Shown here: positions 1 through 17,199 of the stretch, piece after piece
Layout: each line of letters begins with the position of its first letter
How positions within the stretch are numbered: the stretch's first letter is position 1
Source: the human T2T-CHM13v2.0 reference genome, Homo sapiens
NCBI RefSeq assembly: GCF_009914755.1
Contig: NC_060940.1
DNA length: 64,000 bases
Direction: 5' to 3' (one strand)
Made by a program: the position numbers and the translations under genes
Notes under the pieces: model-generated
What the model saw: the letters and a program-made list of their open reading frames with translations, nothing else
Told to the model about the DNA's origin: nothing
The model's database searches: none

Positions 1-319
1 ACAAGCATAAGAAAGCTACCTGAACTCTTCTTTTGAGATTTCTAGATCTCTCTGGCACACTGGGCTGAAATCCTAACATTTTCTTCTTTTTGCACAGTGC
101 TTAAGGCCAGTTTCTCTGGTCTGTTAACTCACTTGTAGAAAGGAAGAGTAAATTGCCCTTGACTGCACAAACAGCCTTGACTTTTTTTTTTTTTCCATGA
201 ATACAAATGGAAGATTTTTAAAGCTTGGCAGTTTGCAAAGATATGACTCCTAAGACAAATTAAAGATCAGGAAAACTTTTTTTTTTTTTAAATTTAAAAC
301 TTGATTTTGTGGAGAGGTA

Positions 320-480
320 GCCTGTGTGGTAATTATGATTCTGACACTGTTTGGCAATCTTAGACAACCATATAATCTCCCTAGACACATATTTTTCATT
401 AATTAAAAAAAGTGTGAATTTAATGTAGGAAGGATACACCAGATGACCTCAAATACTTATCCGGTTTCAAAAATTGATGT
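320..480 (+). mobile_element. MIR (SINE) remnant
   Basis: Degenerate MIR core and 3' end (cttagacaaccatataatctccct...ccagatgacctcaaatacttatccggtttcaaaaattgatg). Boundaries approximate. Confidence 0.5.
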
Positions 481-1179
481 TTTCATAATTTAATATGCAT
501 AGAACTAGCACTCTCCTCCTCTTCCTGCACTTCTAACAGACGCTCCTACCATATGCTCCTCCTGTGCTCTGTGCAGTGATCCATTGTAGCAATTATGTGA
601 TTGTATTGGAATTTTGTTTTCTATATTTGTCATTCTAGTAGCTTATTAACTTAAGGCCGAAGTCTGAGTTTGCTGTTTCTTTTTTCAACTTCACGTTCTA
701 AGTTTCAAACATGTAGCTTAGCACAAAGTGATTCTAAATATGAAGTTGTTAAATGAACTGAAGGAATTAATAAATTAGTTGATAGTATCAAGCAATAAAA
801 ATTGAGCTACTTGTGGTACTTAATTTGCATTTTAGGAGAAAAAAAAAAGAACTTGTATCAAGCGTGGCCTTACCAACAGCCAGCCACCTGGAGGATACAT
901 TCCGAGTGGACTGGTAAATGTTTCCTATCTTAGTATGTGACCTTAGTATGCAAGCTCTGGAATTCCCCAACATATTAATCTAGGTGTTATTAAAAGCTTT
1001 TGGTCCTCAAGTGTTCATTGTGAAAATGCAAATATCTGAGTAGAACAGAAAAGAAGGGATTAATTAGATAGTGTTAAAAGCAGAGCTAAAAGTGAGAACA
1101 GCAAGGAGAGAAAGAAGCATGTTCTGGATAAAACAAGACAAAGAATAAGACCATTTTCTTCTTTTATTTCTTGTTTGTC

Positions 1180-2300
1180 TGTCTGACTACTCTATGCCAG
1201 ACACATATTACAGCCTGGCCAACATGAATCCTAAGGTCTGATGGGGAGTAGAGATGATTAAGCAAGAAATTCTACCATGGAATGATCAGTGCTGGGCTAG
1301 GGAAACATAGGGGCTACCACAGAGGAATCAGAGAAGGCTTCCAATGGGGATGACACACTTGCCTAGATCTGAAGATCCAGTAGAAGTTAATGAGATGAAG
1401 AGATGAGGAGAAGTGGTCCATTCAGAGACAAAAATGCCTCTGTGTGGAGTGAGGCTCAGCTAAAAATTTAAGATTCATGTTGTAAGGTTTAGAATGTTGC
1501 GGGGAGAAGGGTATGGGGAGAGATGATTCTGGAGACTTAAACAGAGGCTGGCACATGTAGGTCTTGTAAACGTGTATAATATGTAAACCACATTAAATAA
1601 TTCTCTCAGGGTCAAAGAGTATTTCCTTGTAGAGTTTTAGACAGAGGAGTGACAGATCTGGTATAGATTTTTCAAAATTCTCTATAGATTTCATGTAAAG
1701 ACATTATTTCTCAGAAAGAAGTATATTGGAAGCCAAGAGCTCAAATTAAGAGGCTTTTCCAGATCAAGTAAGAGATAAGAGTGGCCTAGACTAAGTCAAG
1801 GACCAGTTTGATAGAGAAAAGAAAATGCGTTTAGCAGATAGAAGGAGCGGGTCTCAATAATTCATGTAATCTGGAGGTAAAGAAGAAAGACGAATTAAGA
1901 ATGAATTACAGGCTTGGGACGCTCCATAGGTTTTTAATGATACCATTTGTTCAAGTGGGAAACATGAAAGCAAATTCATGTTTCTGAGAAGTGCTGGTAA
2001 AGTGCATCTGAAACATGTTTCGTTGAAAAGGAAAAGCTTGTTGTATATTGGAGTTGTGGGCAGGAAAGACAAGTTTAAGTGATGTTAGGATAGTGGTAAA
2101 TGGAAGTGATGATATTCCTGGAGAAACATGGGCAATTGGTTTGTTAGACACTTTTACTTAACTATAGTTTTTATCAGCAAATCCCTGTGATTGTGATTCT
2201 GATGAGACTCCAGTTAAGAAGTACTAGCTGGGGACCAGTCAAAGAGACGGACTTGGAGAGAACCCTGAGGGACACTGGCCTTTAAAAAATGGGCAGTGGA
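1180..2300 (-). mobile_element. L2 LINE remnant
   Basis: Purine-rich L2-like text (ctactctatgccagacac...agaaggcttcc...gatctgaag...agaaccctgagggacact). Highly diverged. Confidence 0.6.
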
Positions 2301-2561
2301 AAGGGGTCCTGTCCCGGAAACTAGGAAGAGCAAGTGGAAGGTCAGGAGGAGATCCATGAGCTGGAGGTGTGGTAAAGTCAATGTTACCCAGCCAGGTCAC
2401 TTATGGCAAAGACTGAGAAGGTTCTATGCATTTAAGAAACAGAAGGTGGCACAGAGCCATGAATTCAAAGTCATCGGAGACTTTTCTTTCCCGCTGGCAC
2501 AGCCTGACTCCCACTTTAGAGAAGCAAGGCAATGCATAGGCTTTTTACGCATGATATAATA

Positions 2562-2771
2562 CAGGGGTTGCCAAATTTTCTCTGTAAAGAGCCAGGTAGT
2601 CAATATTTTGGGTTCTCTGTTGCCACTATTCAACTCTGTCACTGTGGCACAAATGTAGCCATGGGCAATATGCAAATGAACAGATGTAACTGTGTTCCAA
2701 TAAAACTTCATTTACAAAAAAACAGGTTGAGTGTGGGATTTGGCCCAGAGGCAATATTTTGTAGACCCCTG
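2562..2771 (+). mobile_element. MER58A hAT-Charlie DNA transposon (non-autonomous)
   Basis: Ends caggggttg...gacccctg, internal tgtgttccaataaaacttcatttacaaaaa, 8-bp TSD atataata (2554-2561) / acataata (2772-2779). Confidence 0.9.
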
Positions 2772-2809
2772 ACATAATATTTTCTCCAAAATCACAAATT
2801 AAAAATAAC

Positions 2810-3085
2810 AAGAATTCTTATAGACCTTTCACCCAGCTCCCATTTATATTAACTTTTTACATAACTGTAAGCACAATGATCAAAACCAACCAAGAAATTA
2901 ATGCCCATATAACAGTATTAACCAAATTACAATACTTTAATTTTCCAATACTATTAAAGAATACACCTCTACATTTCAAGTTTTTCCACTAGTGTACTTT
3001 TTTGTCTTAGGATCCAATCCACAATTGCATATTCAATTAGTTTTTATATCCTCCAATCTGTGACAGTTTTTTCAGTTTTTCCTTT
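2810..3085 (-). mobile_element. Old L1M (L1MC-like) 3' fragment
   Basis: cctttcacccagctccc...aggatccaatcc...ctccaatctgtgacagttt resembles the antisense L1MC 3' region. Confidence 0.55.
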
Positions 3086-3099
3086 GCTTAGAGCAAGGA

Positions 3100-3520
3100 T
3101 GGCAGATGCTGAGATGATGCAGGTGCAAATGCTTTCTCTAAGGTATCCTGGGAGGTGGTGCAAGCTGCTACAGCCTAGTGCAGCACAGGGCTGGCTTTAG
3201 CAAAGGTCATTTAAACCTAAATTAAAAAAATTTCAAGGGAGGATAATGCCTTTCTTCTTCAGTCATTGTTAACTTGTCTTTGTGATACCAGGAACGTGTA
3301 GCCATCCTACAACATATGAGGGGAAATTGTTAGGAAAAACAGAAGACAGAGTAAAGAAACAGAAGGCTTTGAAGTCTATGAAGATGTCAATAACAGGCTG
3401 CATTACCAAGACCTGAAGCCAACTACCCCATCTGAACAACTGTTATGTCAGAAAATAACCTTTGTGTAACAGTAGGCAATATAATCAGAATATTGTCTTA
3501 TCTGCAAGCAAGATCATTTT
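3100..3520 (+). mobile_element. Old MaLR LTR (MLT1J/K-like) remnant
   Basis: gtagccatcctacaacatatgagggg...aactgttatgtcagaaaataacc...tctgcaagcaagatcatt resembles the old MLT1 3' half. Confidence 0.45.
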
Positions 3521-6500
3521 GGCAAAGGACATCTATGATAACCTTAATGAAGTTTTGGAGAAGCTGCACAGGCTAGGTGTGCCACTTGTCAATATTTGGT
3601 ACAGACCAATTAGAAATAATCTGATTAAATGTATCATATGTGCTTTTAAATTCTGCAAGCAAGAGAAATTCAAAATAAATAAAAGCTATCATGAGGTTTT
3701 TGAATGCAAAGACATACACAGTCAACATAGGTGAATCCTAGTGAGTAAAACAATTTCTCTTATTTAATTTTATAAAATATTTTAATAAATAGATATGTAT
3801 AAAATGTGTACTAAACTCTACTTACTTTTAAAGGTTACAACTTCCCTATGTCCTTAGTGGCTCAACATGAGGCTTTTATAAAATAGGAGTGGAGAGGCCA
3901 CAGGCCAAAACTATTTCTACCTTGTTAAAGTACAAGTGAAATTCCGTCCCTTTATGCTGAACGTCACAGTGTGTCCCAATTTTTTTTCTTTAATCATATT
4001 ATAATTTATATGCTGCTGCAGCTGCACCCTTGCTCTATAGGGCATGGAGTAGAAGGGAAAGCTGGACCAAGCCTATTGGTGTAAATTAGCGAGAAAGGTT
4101 TCCTGGTTTCAGGGAAATCAGAAAGGTATCCTATTTATTCCACAATTCTTGTTTCTTTTTTCTAGACCTTGAACTTTTTTTCATATATATGCATATATTA
4201 TAACTTGGGGAGATGAGATAGTTTTAGGTATTTTATGAGGAAAACTTCGTAAGCTTTAAAGTGCAAGTTTTTATTTAAGACATTATTTTTGTTTTTGATG
4301 AAGGAAACAGTTCAAAACCCAGGAAAATGGAGGAAAATAAGAACTTGTCACTTAGAATCTGATAAATACCAGAAAAGAGAACAAATCTTATTTTAGTCAT
4401 CTATTCCCTACAAGTGCAAACAGTGAAGTGTCTGATTGTTTTGGAGACAAAAATTGTCAGATGATGCAGGTTCAAGAAAATAAAGTATACAGCATGGTTT
4501 TGTCCTATAAAATTAATTGTCATGGAATCATTACAACTAGTTAAATTTGAAGTAACCTAGCATGATATTGAAGAATGTTCTTTCATAAAGATTTTTGGTA
4601 GAACTTGTAGTTGTATGTATAAGATGGAGACACTTTAAGTTGGAGTACAACCATCTTACAATTTTCCAGTATACTTTACAGTATATCCTCTAATGGTCAT
4701 TTAGACTAAACCAAGAAGAAGAAATTAAGAGTGAAAAGAAAAGCAGCTGCTTCTAAGCCTGGTTTCTACAGAGTCTAATGAAACAGAAATGACTCATGAT
4801 TGTGCCAGATATGTCAGCTATTTGACGTAAGTGTTATTTTAACATCTACATCAATGGTGTTATTAATACTTTTAAAATTGAAATATCAAATGAGGATGGA
4901 TCACACTCAGTTTGAGCTTAAAAGGTAGCTTCTAAAAGACTTTGAAATTAGAAAAAATGAGTGGTTAGACTTTACATAGCATTTTAAAATCACAAACCAT
5001 TTTCAAGCATTTGCCTCATCAAGGAAACATTATTAAAAGAAGGAAGCGAAGCCAAATGATGCAGGTGTCTATGTGGTCAAGGTGGGACACAAATGCCATA
5101 TTCAGAACCTGAGTACTGGCCACTTTCTTCTGCAAAATCCTCATTCCCATGGTAAGGCCATTGCAATATTTAATGTGACCTAAAATTTACTTTTTCCTCT
5201 TCTGCAATTTCCCAGAGACAAAAACATGGTTGAAATTATCTTAAATCTAAGAAACAGACTAAGTAATTTATTGTTTGTTTTTTCTTTCTGAACCATGCTT
5301 TCCAGTCTGATTTCTAATTATATGTGTGGGAGATTGTAGGGTTTGAAGAATCTAGTGAAAAGTGGGATTCTTAGTAATTTAAGTGGGACAAACCTTATTA
5401 TCCCCTTCGACAGACTCACAGAGCAGGGAGCTGCATTTGAAAACAACTGTTCTACCCATGTCTTGATTTGGTTTCTTTGCTTAATTATTTACCTGCTACT
5501 GTTATTGTGTCTGCTGAACCTATGATAACTTAAAAAAAGGATTCTGGTTACATTGTTACAGCTGGAGGTTTTTGTTAAGAGAAAACCTTCCTGGACAATA
5601 AAACAAAACAATAATACAATATGACCAGGAATATAGTGCCTTGAAATTTTCAACTAATCTTATTGTGCTGGGGTTTTCAAAAAATTAATATTTACTTCAG
5701 ATACCTCAGATAGGTGGGGTTTTCATGAGGTAATTTGTGGTCATTTTTGATGGGAATGGGACAAATATGATGTCTATTTATCCTATTGAAGGTAGTATAA
5801 TACTAAACACACAAGCATTTTAAATTTCTTGGTGAACTTTATAACCCAGAAGAATTAGGATGTTGAAGAAATGTTATCACTTAATGATTGATATTTTCAA
5901 TGAACAAAATAACTACAAGATCTGAAGAAAATGGATTCTCTGTCTCATAATCTCTCTAATAATCTAGTAATTTTATTATAGCACCCTACATTATACTTCT
6001 CAGAAGTATTATATCCCATTAAAGGATGCATGTGTCAGGAAACCAAAGGTTTCTTATTGACACATACAACTCTATTAACATGGAATTTAGAGATAATTTT
6101 CCTCTGTAGTTAGACTCTGTTGAGTATTTTAAAATTCGTGGGAATAATCAACACCCAGAAGAATTACATCTTTGGCAATGAAAAATGCATTGAGAGATTT
6201 TTTTAGAGCCTTTGCAAACCACTACTTGAGCTTATTATTTATGAACTCTTTGCTCTTTAAAATTGAGAACAAAGCAATTAACTGTAATTTCACACCTTCA
6301 GAAGACTAAGAACACAGTCTGCCATCTATTGTAAATTCCAAAGTGTATTCTTTCACTTAAATTTATAGTTTCCATTTTGTGGAAATTTTCCTCTTACTCC
6401 AAAGACTGTTTAAAATGAATCTTGTATTTTGTTCACTGAAAATGGGCAGTGCCGATTTTGTTCTTTAGAAAAATGAGCTTAATAGATCCCATTGTAAAAA

Positions 6501-6639
6501 CAATTGCAGGTCCAGTATTTGAGAACATGATCCATACAGGCCGACTGTGTCAAGAGAGATGAGATGCTCCTTGGTTTGTCACTTGAATGTGGTGCTCAGA
6601 ATTTGAGAAACATGAATCTGGATAACAACTGGCATCCTA

Positions 6640-6860
6640 GTTAGTGAGCATGAGCACTTACTACGTACTCAGTGCTTCGTGGATACCCCTCAATCCTCAA
6701 AGGGACCATACTATACTCATGCTGCCCACTAACCTAATGTGCTCTCAAACCAGCTGAGACTGGAGAGGTTAACTTTTAGCCTCAAGTCACACAGGTGGGA
6801 AGGCACCGATTTGAACCTAGGTAGTCTGACCAAAATTGGAGCACTTTCTTCCATGCTACA
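6640..6860 (-). mobile_element. MIR remnant
   Basis: gagcacttactacgtac...ctgagactggagaggttaac...caagtcacacaggtgggaaggcaccgatttgaacctaggtagtctgac. Confidence 0.7.
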
Positions 6861-8096
6861 TTCTACCGAAAATGAATAGCTGTCAAGGACTGTGAAAGGC
6901 TAAACAAGATCAATGACATTTTATCAACATACTGAAATTCAACACCTGTTCCACCAAAGGAAAGTAACATGAGGTTCATTCTTGATGTCAACAACAGAAA
7001 TAACTCACTTGATTTTCACACTTAAGAGAGGCTTAAGGAATTAGAATTTAACTTCTTTACCCTTGTTCATAGGATCTTAATGTTGTCATCTCTTTCTTCT
7101 TCCTACTGCTTGGACTAGACCTTGTAACCTCCTCCTAAGCTATTATAGCATCCTACCTCCTTTAACCACCTGAATAACTATATTTTTCAAAGAGCAGTTC
7201 TGTTCATTACCACTCTGCTGCTCAAAAACACTTTCAGTGGTGGCTCAGGACTATAGGATGAAACCCATATAACCCTGATTTCTTGTGTCTGTCCCCCAGC
7301 TGTGTTTTCAACACTTCCCTTCCTTTTCCCATCAAGAGGTAATTTCTAATTCAACCATTTTCATATAATTCACTTCCTCTCAACCTCAATCCCAGGACTA
7401 TTCAACAAATACTAAGATCTCACCATGTTTAGTAGCCTGTGGCAGGCACTTTAATAATACAAACTCTTCATAGATCCTGCCCTCAAGAAGCAAATGTTAA
7501 GTAGTCAAGTAAGCCATGCATATGCCCACATAAGATAACCCAAAAGAATAACTAGAGCTTTAAAGATTTTATGTAATTCTCATAGAAAGTGTATATTTAT
7601 CTCAGTTATTTTGACAATATTAACAATTGAAACAGACTAATATACTTGGTATGACAATGGTGGTGAGATTAAAGTTATGATATTGACCTCAAGAGGATAG
7701 AAATGCACAGGCCCTTTTCTATTCTGCTTTCGTTTCTGAATTTATCTTATTTTGTTTTTCATTTTCCCCAAATACACTTACTTACTTTTCCACTACTGGC
7801 GACCCAATTTTCCCGGTGTATAAGAATGCTTTCTCACTCTCTGCCTATGCAAACTATATTACAGTATTATCATACTAATATATCAAAGCTTAGCATGCAG
7901 CCCTCCACTTAAAAAACTTCCATTTGTGATTTCCCATAGCTCTCAATGTCCTCCCTCAGTCTGTATTTCTGTCATTATGTGGTACTTGTATATTACCTTG
8001 ACAGAGTCTAGATCAGGGTCCTAAAAATCTCTTGCATACTATCACTGGTCTCACTATCTTTTTCTTTTTTAAAATAACTTACCTCTCTTTTCCTTC

Positions 8097-8116
8097 GTGT
8101 GTGTGTGTGTGTGTGT
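8097..8116. repeat. (GT)n microsatellite
   Basis: About 10 GT units seen directly. Confidence 0.95.
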
Positions 8117-8262
8117 TTGTCTGTTTTTGTCTTTTTCCAACTATGTTTCCAATGCCAAGGGCTTCAAATGTTTAATCTATTAAGCCTCAGTTGCCCTGCT
8201 TCTAAATCGGCAATGATGTTACCTAAAATATAAGGTTATTGGGGGTACCCAATGGAACACCT

Positions 8263-8541
8263 GGCTGGGTGCTGTGACTCACACCTATAATCCCAACACT
8301 TTGGAAAGTCAAAGAAGGAGAATCACTTGAGCCCAGGAGTTCAAGACCACCCTGGGCAACATAGTGGGACCACATCTTTACAATTTTTTTTTTAATTAAC
8401 TGGGGGTGGTGGCACATTCCTGTGGTCCCAGCTACTCAGAAGGCTGAAAATGGGAGGATTACTGGAGTCCAAGAGGTAGAGGCAACAGTGAGCCACTACA
8501 CTGCAGCCTGGGTGCCAGACCAAGACCCTGTCTCAAGAAAA
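8263..8541 (+). mobile_element. AluJ
   Basis: Dimeric Alu with J-type features (cttgagcccaggagttcaagacc, ggcaacatagtg, agaccctgtctc). Diverged. Confidence 0.92.
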
Positions 8542-9585
8542 CTTTAGTACTTGACAATAGCAACTGAAAAAGTGGTGGGGAAGAAAAAAGAGAAGAAAGG
8601 TCCTAGACAGAGAATGAAAAGCAAATATATTCCTGCCCTCAAGGATATCGTAGTATCATAGATCAGGGAAATATATAGACTTCTCCAGCTCCATTTGTCT
8701 AATACAGAGTCTTAGATACTGTAATGTAATTACAGGAGCGACAGCCCATCAGGTTTGCCATGCTCTATAGGTTTGAAGCATCTTACAGGCCCTGCCTGCC
8801 CTCAAGGAGAAGAGATAATGTAAAGGCATAAACATCCAGGAGTGGGAATCACTGGGGATCACTGTAGGGTCTGCCACACTAATTTATGTGGATAACTTAT
8901 AAACACACATTTATATCAATTATCTCAGTATTAAATATTAAAATTAAAGGGTTGATTAAGACATGCAGAATGTCCAAAGTCTCCATTTCACTGTGATTAT
9001 GTACACATAATATTTGAAGTTTGATATCAGAAAAACTCATGACAAGGAACTTTTAAAGATAATGGAAGACAAAGAGAAATGTTTGACAAAACCAAACAGT
9101 GAGTTCTGTGGTTATGCTTACATGTTTACCTAGGAATTTTGCATTTAGAAGTCAACATATTCATGAGCCATTTTTTCCTAGTTTTCTTAAGAATAAAATA
9201 AAAATTATATGTGGTAAGCAAAAATAGCACAATAGCCTTCTACATAAAATAGAACTGGCTGCTGAAAACTAAATCTTACCCCACAGCCAACATCTGTATT
9301 TTGAAGGTCAGGGACTCACATCAGAAGTAAGTTGTGCATTGAATACTTTCAAATGAAGATCCTTACTAACTTGCAAAAAAAAAATACTTAAACATAATTT
9401 GGGCTCTCCAGAGAGAGGAGCTATATTTTAAGCTAAAAGAAAATAGCTCTTGGTGAATAGCTTAAAAAGTTAGTTTGTACTTTATTTATTAAACATTTTA
9501 AGCCGTTATTGAGAATCTTTTCTAGGTATAGAAATCTTTTCTAACACACAGAAAATTATTTATTATTCTACATGTTAGGGATTGC

Positions 9586-9979
9586 ATGAGCTATCTATTG
9601 ATGTTTTCTAAAAAATTCCCCCAAATTAGCAGCTTAAAACATTACAAATTAACACAGTTTATAAAAATCAAGAATCCAGTAGCAGTTTAGCTGTTTAGCT
9701 GGGTTGTTCTAGTTCTGGCTCTCCCATGAGGTTGCCATCAAGGTGGTGGCCAGAACTGTGGTCATCTGAAGCCTCGATTAGGGTTTGGGGATCTGCTACC
9801 AAGGTCATTCATATGGCTTAGCTGGAGTCCTCAGTTCCTCACTATGTAGACCCTACTTATAGGGCTACCCATGTCATGGTAGCTGACTCTCCCCTGAGCA
9901 AGTGATCCAGGAGAGAACAAGCAAACAACCAAGATAGAAGGTGCAATGTTTTGTAACTTAATATCAGAAGTGACATACC
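9586..9979 (-). mobile_element. MaLR LTR (MLT1F-like), truncated at the adjacent AluY
   Basis: agctatctattg...cccccaaattagcagcttaaaac...ctcccatgaggttgccatcaagg...ctcagttcctcactatgtagacc...agaagtgacatacca. Confidence 0.75.
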
Positions 9980-10463
<484 letters not shown>

Positions 10464-11079
10464 TTATTTATCCACAATATTGACCCATCTTGCATGCCTT
10501 TCGCCTCAGTACTCTAGTAAATGCTTTACCTAATTTGAGACATTTCATGGTACAGCTCTTCATATCAACATTCTTGACACATATATGTTGCGCTATATTC
10601 ATAATATTTTGTTTCTACTTATTTCGTCTTCTTTTCAAAGTATAGAGCTCCAAATTAGAAACCCATTCCATCTCTGCTACATTATCAATTCCTGAATCCT
10701 GCTTCTCATACGATTTTATCATCGAGCATGTAATACATTATATCATGATACATTAATAAGTCCAGGATTTATTTTCTAATCCATTGATGTTCAACATAAT
10801 CATGTTAAAAAATTAAACATGAATCGAGATCTAAACCTGTTTCCACTCCTTAATCTTAGTCCATATCATTTCATAGTCATCACCACATTCTTCAGCATGT
10901 CAGTCCTGTCACAATACTTACTTTTCCATGGTCTGAAATCATATTTTTTCAGGATAAAAGGAAATATCTATTTGTTTGTACTAAATAATATAATATTTTA
11001 TTCAATAATTTGTATTGAATAATGGAAAAATACTAATTAGTGATGAAGAAATATAATTTCCATACCCATCCATGTTTTG

Positions 11080-11822
<743 letters not shown>

Positions 11823-12520
11823 TAAACATCTCATTAATCAAAACCAGTTTTTTACTAAAATCCTTTATAAAATTTCACTCTCCATTCTTACTTTTCCTGA
11901 GCAAACATTTAATTTTTATGGAATTTTTGTGTCATCATTCACCCAAATGATCAGCCTGTGCAAAGCACATTTTAGGGAATGAAGTCAAAGCCTTTCCCAG
12001 GATGGGACTCATCACATTTGCTTTCAGTGGACATGCAGGGGAAAAACATGTCATCGTGTTATCATCAGGTCTCATACGGCAAATAGCCGCCACATGAAAT
12101 AAGGCAATTTCCTGAAACTGAAATGCAAAAGAGCACTAAGAAAATGTCTCTTTTAAAGAAATCAGAGTGAAACTGCCAGGTAAACATCTATCTCCATAGA
12201 CAACTACATGCTGGAGATACTTCTTGTTTTTATTAAATCATATAGGAAAGGCTGTAAAGAATTGCAAGTAGGCTAAAAAGTTGCATAGCTATACAGGAAA
12301 AGTGATTAGACGGAAAAAGTGGTCTTGTTTTTCTCTCCTCTCATTTTCACTGTTCACCTTTTTCCGCTTTCCTTTCGTGTGCACTGAGCACAGAATCTCT
12401 TCTTACTATTGTCTTCGGTGGATTATGTTTGTGATGATTGCTTGCCTGCACACACATAGCCATTCTTGTGCATTTATAGGAAAAACTAGTGAACTGTGAT
12501 TATTCTTTTCTTTCTCTCAG

Positions 12521-12574
12521 GACATTGTAAACTGCTAGGAGAAGCTGAGTGAATATTATCAAATGCCTTAACAA
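12521..12574 (+). other. Candidate non-coding (lncRNA or UTR) exon
   Basis: Acceptor ttattcttttctttctctcAG (ends 12520) and donor acaa|GTAAGT (12575-12580), 54 nt apart in non-repeat DNA. Stop codons in all three frames. Confidence 0.4.
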
Positions 12575-13689
12575 GTAAGTGTGACAATTCTGATTATATA
12601 GTCAAAATGCTATTTGAAGCTATTTTATATAATATTCTTCTAAATATAGGAAAGAAATTCAGGTATTCTGGCATCAATAGTCCATAAAAACAGATTCTGG
12701 AAAAATAAATAAGTTGATTTGATTCTAGGTCTGACAAACTTAGTTTCAGCCTAAGAATTCTGTTGGTTTTCTTCAGAGAAAAGCAGGAATCAGACTAGAT
12801 ATAACAAGTGATTACACTTATTATGTTTCATAGGTTTAGAGATTGAGCTTTAAATAGTAGATACCCATGGATAAGAATGAGAAAAAATGATAGCATGTAA
12901 ATACCTAGAAGAACTTTTTATTTTAATCTTATACAAATATATAATACTGGGAAAAAAGTTGGACATAAACGCAGTTGTAAAAAGGACAGTGTATCTAAGA
13001 GAACTGTGGTAATTCAAACATTTATTTTGAATCTTAACAACATTGGTTTGTATTTATGCCATACTTGTGTTTAAAAGTAACATTGACATGTTCCTTTATA
13101 TTATTGATAGACACATTTCTTTATTCCTGTGATGATACAGGGAACTAAATAATCTGGTTTGCTCAAATTGAGCATATTACCAGATCAATTATGCAATCCT
13201 CATGTTACAAATGTATGCATCTTGCATTCACTATTTACATAAGCAGGCCCAGGTAGACATACCTATCACACTGATGGTCTCAGATTTTCTTTAATTCTGG
13301 CACATGGAATAAGATGGGTAAATACAGTTTTAGACAACCCTACAAGTCACAGTCTGAATGTGATTTATGGGATGTGAATTGCTCTCCTGGAGTGACTAAT
13401 GCGAAGAGCCAAAGGAATCCAAATTCTCCTCCAGGGGTTTGACTGAAATGCTGGCTCACAGATTCATCTTTTGCTGTTGACCTGATTGATTCCCATGTGT
13501 GATGTTTACCCAAGTGGTCTTCAGGGAAGTTTTTAGGGATTTTCTATTGGATGTTTCAAGCTTACATTTTCCTAAACAAGAAAAACAAAAATGTCATCTC
13601 TTTCCCCACTGTTGATTGTAAGTATAATTCCTAATTTTGGTGACTTGGTATTCTCCAAAGAAAGTACCCTGGTTCTCATCGTAGCATTA

Positions 13690-13830
13690 CACTGTGGGAA
13701 AAACACCAGGTCTGAAGTCAGTAGACTAGAATTCCTATTTTAGCCCCCAACCAGGGTTTCTGTCCGTGGACAAGTCACCTCACTTCTCTAGGTTTCAGTT
13801 TTCTTTATCTCTAAACTGGTATAGCTATCA
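13690..13830 (+). mobile_element. MIR remnant
   Basis: gaagtcagtagactagaattc...gtggacaagtcacctcacttctctaggtttcagttttctttatctctaaa. Confidence 0.75.
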
Positions 13831-13849
13831 TATGCCTAAATAATATTCA

Positions 13850-15830
<1,981 letters not shown>

Positions 15831-16376
15831 ACCCTAAGAAATGCAATTATAACCAGGCTTAAAGGAAGTGTATAGCCCTGTATGTATATATTAGGGAAAA
15901 GTTAAGCATGTTTCCCCTAAATGTTTAATAAACTACATTTCTGAAATGTGATTAAAAACAGGTTCTGTCCATGTGCACTTCACAGCTCTCCTCTGTTTTA
16001 AAATGGAGCAGATAGTTTTTTGTCTACCAAGCACAAAGTCGGAGTCCTTAATGGGAATAACAGAAGGCTGGCCTAGCCAGTAGCTCATCTGATTTTTAAG
16101 TACTTTCTATAATCAATAAGATAAGGAATTAGGACTTCAGGCACTTGTCACAGAGTTCAGTTCTTAACTGACTGTTGCCAATGCCATGTAGAAAATAAAG
16201 CTAAGATAATGATATTGGAGAGAATTGTTTTGAATTACATCTCATTGAGTCATTTGCTCAGATTCTAGGAACCCAATTATTTGGCCCATCTGACTTTAAT
16301 ATGTATTCCTAATGCTTTTATTATAAATAATGTGTCTTTAACAGCATCAGAAGTAAACTATCAGGAACATCTAGCC

Positions 16377-16446
<70 letters not shown>

Positions 16447-16500
16447 ATATATATGTATGTGTGTATACATATATATACACATACATACACATACATATAT
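16377..16500. repeat. Compound (TA)n/(TG)n/(TACA)n microsatellite
   Basis: Seen directly. Confidence 0.95.
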
Positions 16501-16509
16501 TTGTACAGC

Positions 16510-16699
16510 TTCTGACTCTTGCACCATTTACGATAGAGTGCTCCTAAGATCTAGATCAAAGAGATTCTCTTTTCATTTCACCAGTTTTTAAAATTCATAA
16601 TATTTGGTTGGCTTTACATATGGACAATGTTGTACTGAGATAGGAGGGGGAATTTGACTCCAGAGGCAGACTCGACTCTTGAGGTGTGGGGCTCAGACA
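16510..16699 (-). repeat. Inverted copy of 18473-18655 (templated insertion)
   Basis: Reverse complement aligns end to end with about 12 substitutions and 4 small indels (hand count). Flanked by direct repeat tttgtacagcttct (16500-16513) / tttgtgcagcttct (16702-16715). Confidence 0.92.
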
Positions 16700-17199
16700 G
16701 TTTTGTGCAGCTTCTCATGGTGAGGGGTCATGCTAGTTGACTTGGATCTCACATGCCCAAAACAGATATGCCATGGAAGATGACAAAAAAATATGCAGGA
16801 AGAAGTTTCACAATTAAATATTAAAAATATTGAATTAAACAAATTTAACTAGTTTTTTTTAGAGTAGCACTTCTTGGAACCTTTACGCAGCAGCTAAGTC
16901 ATCAAGAGTGGTAGACAACATGCAGCTCTTTCTGAAGCTTATTTAAGCTCCAAACGCTTTTACATAGAGGTACCTATTAGCTGTACACTACAAGACTTCT
17001 GTAGTATACAGTTTAGGAATGTTTTATGGCTTATTAGTGATAATCCTGGAAGGTTGTTATAATTAATTAATTAGATCATTTGAACCACTTAAGTTATTTC
17101 ACTAGAAAATTAAAACCCCAGGGGATTATAACTGACAAAAAAAATAATTCTTGCAAATTAAACATGTCATCTAAAAAAAATGAACAAATATCAATTTAA

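Noticed and set aside
8070-8096. Strong minus-strand donor (agag|gtaagt), with another near 60865
   Set aside because: No matching acceptor or exon could be defined, and isolated donors are common.
16281-16591. Overlapping ORFs rich in Y/I/C/V/H/T
   Set aside because: Artefact of translating a TA/TG microsatellite. The same applies to 25630-25958 and 43886-44180.
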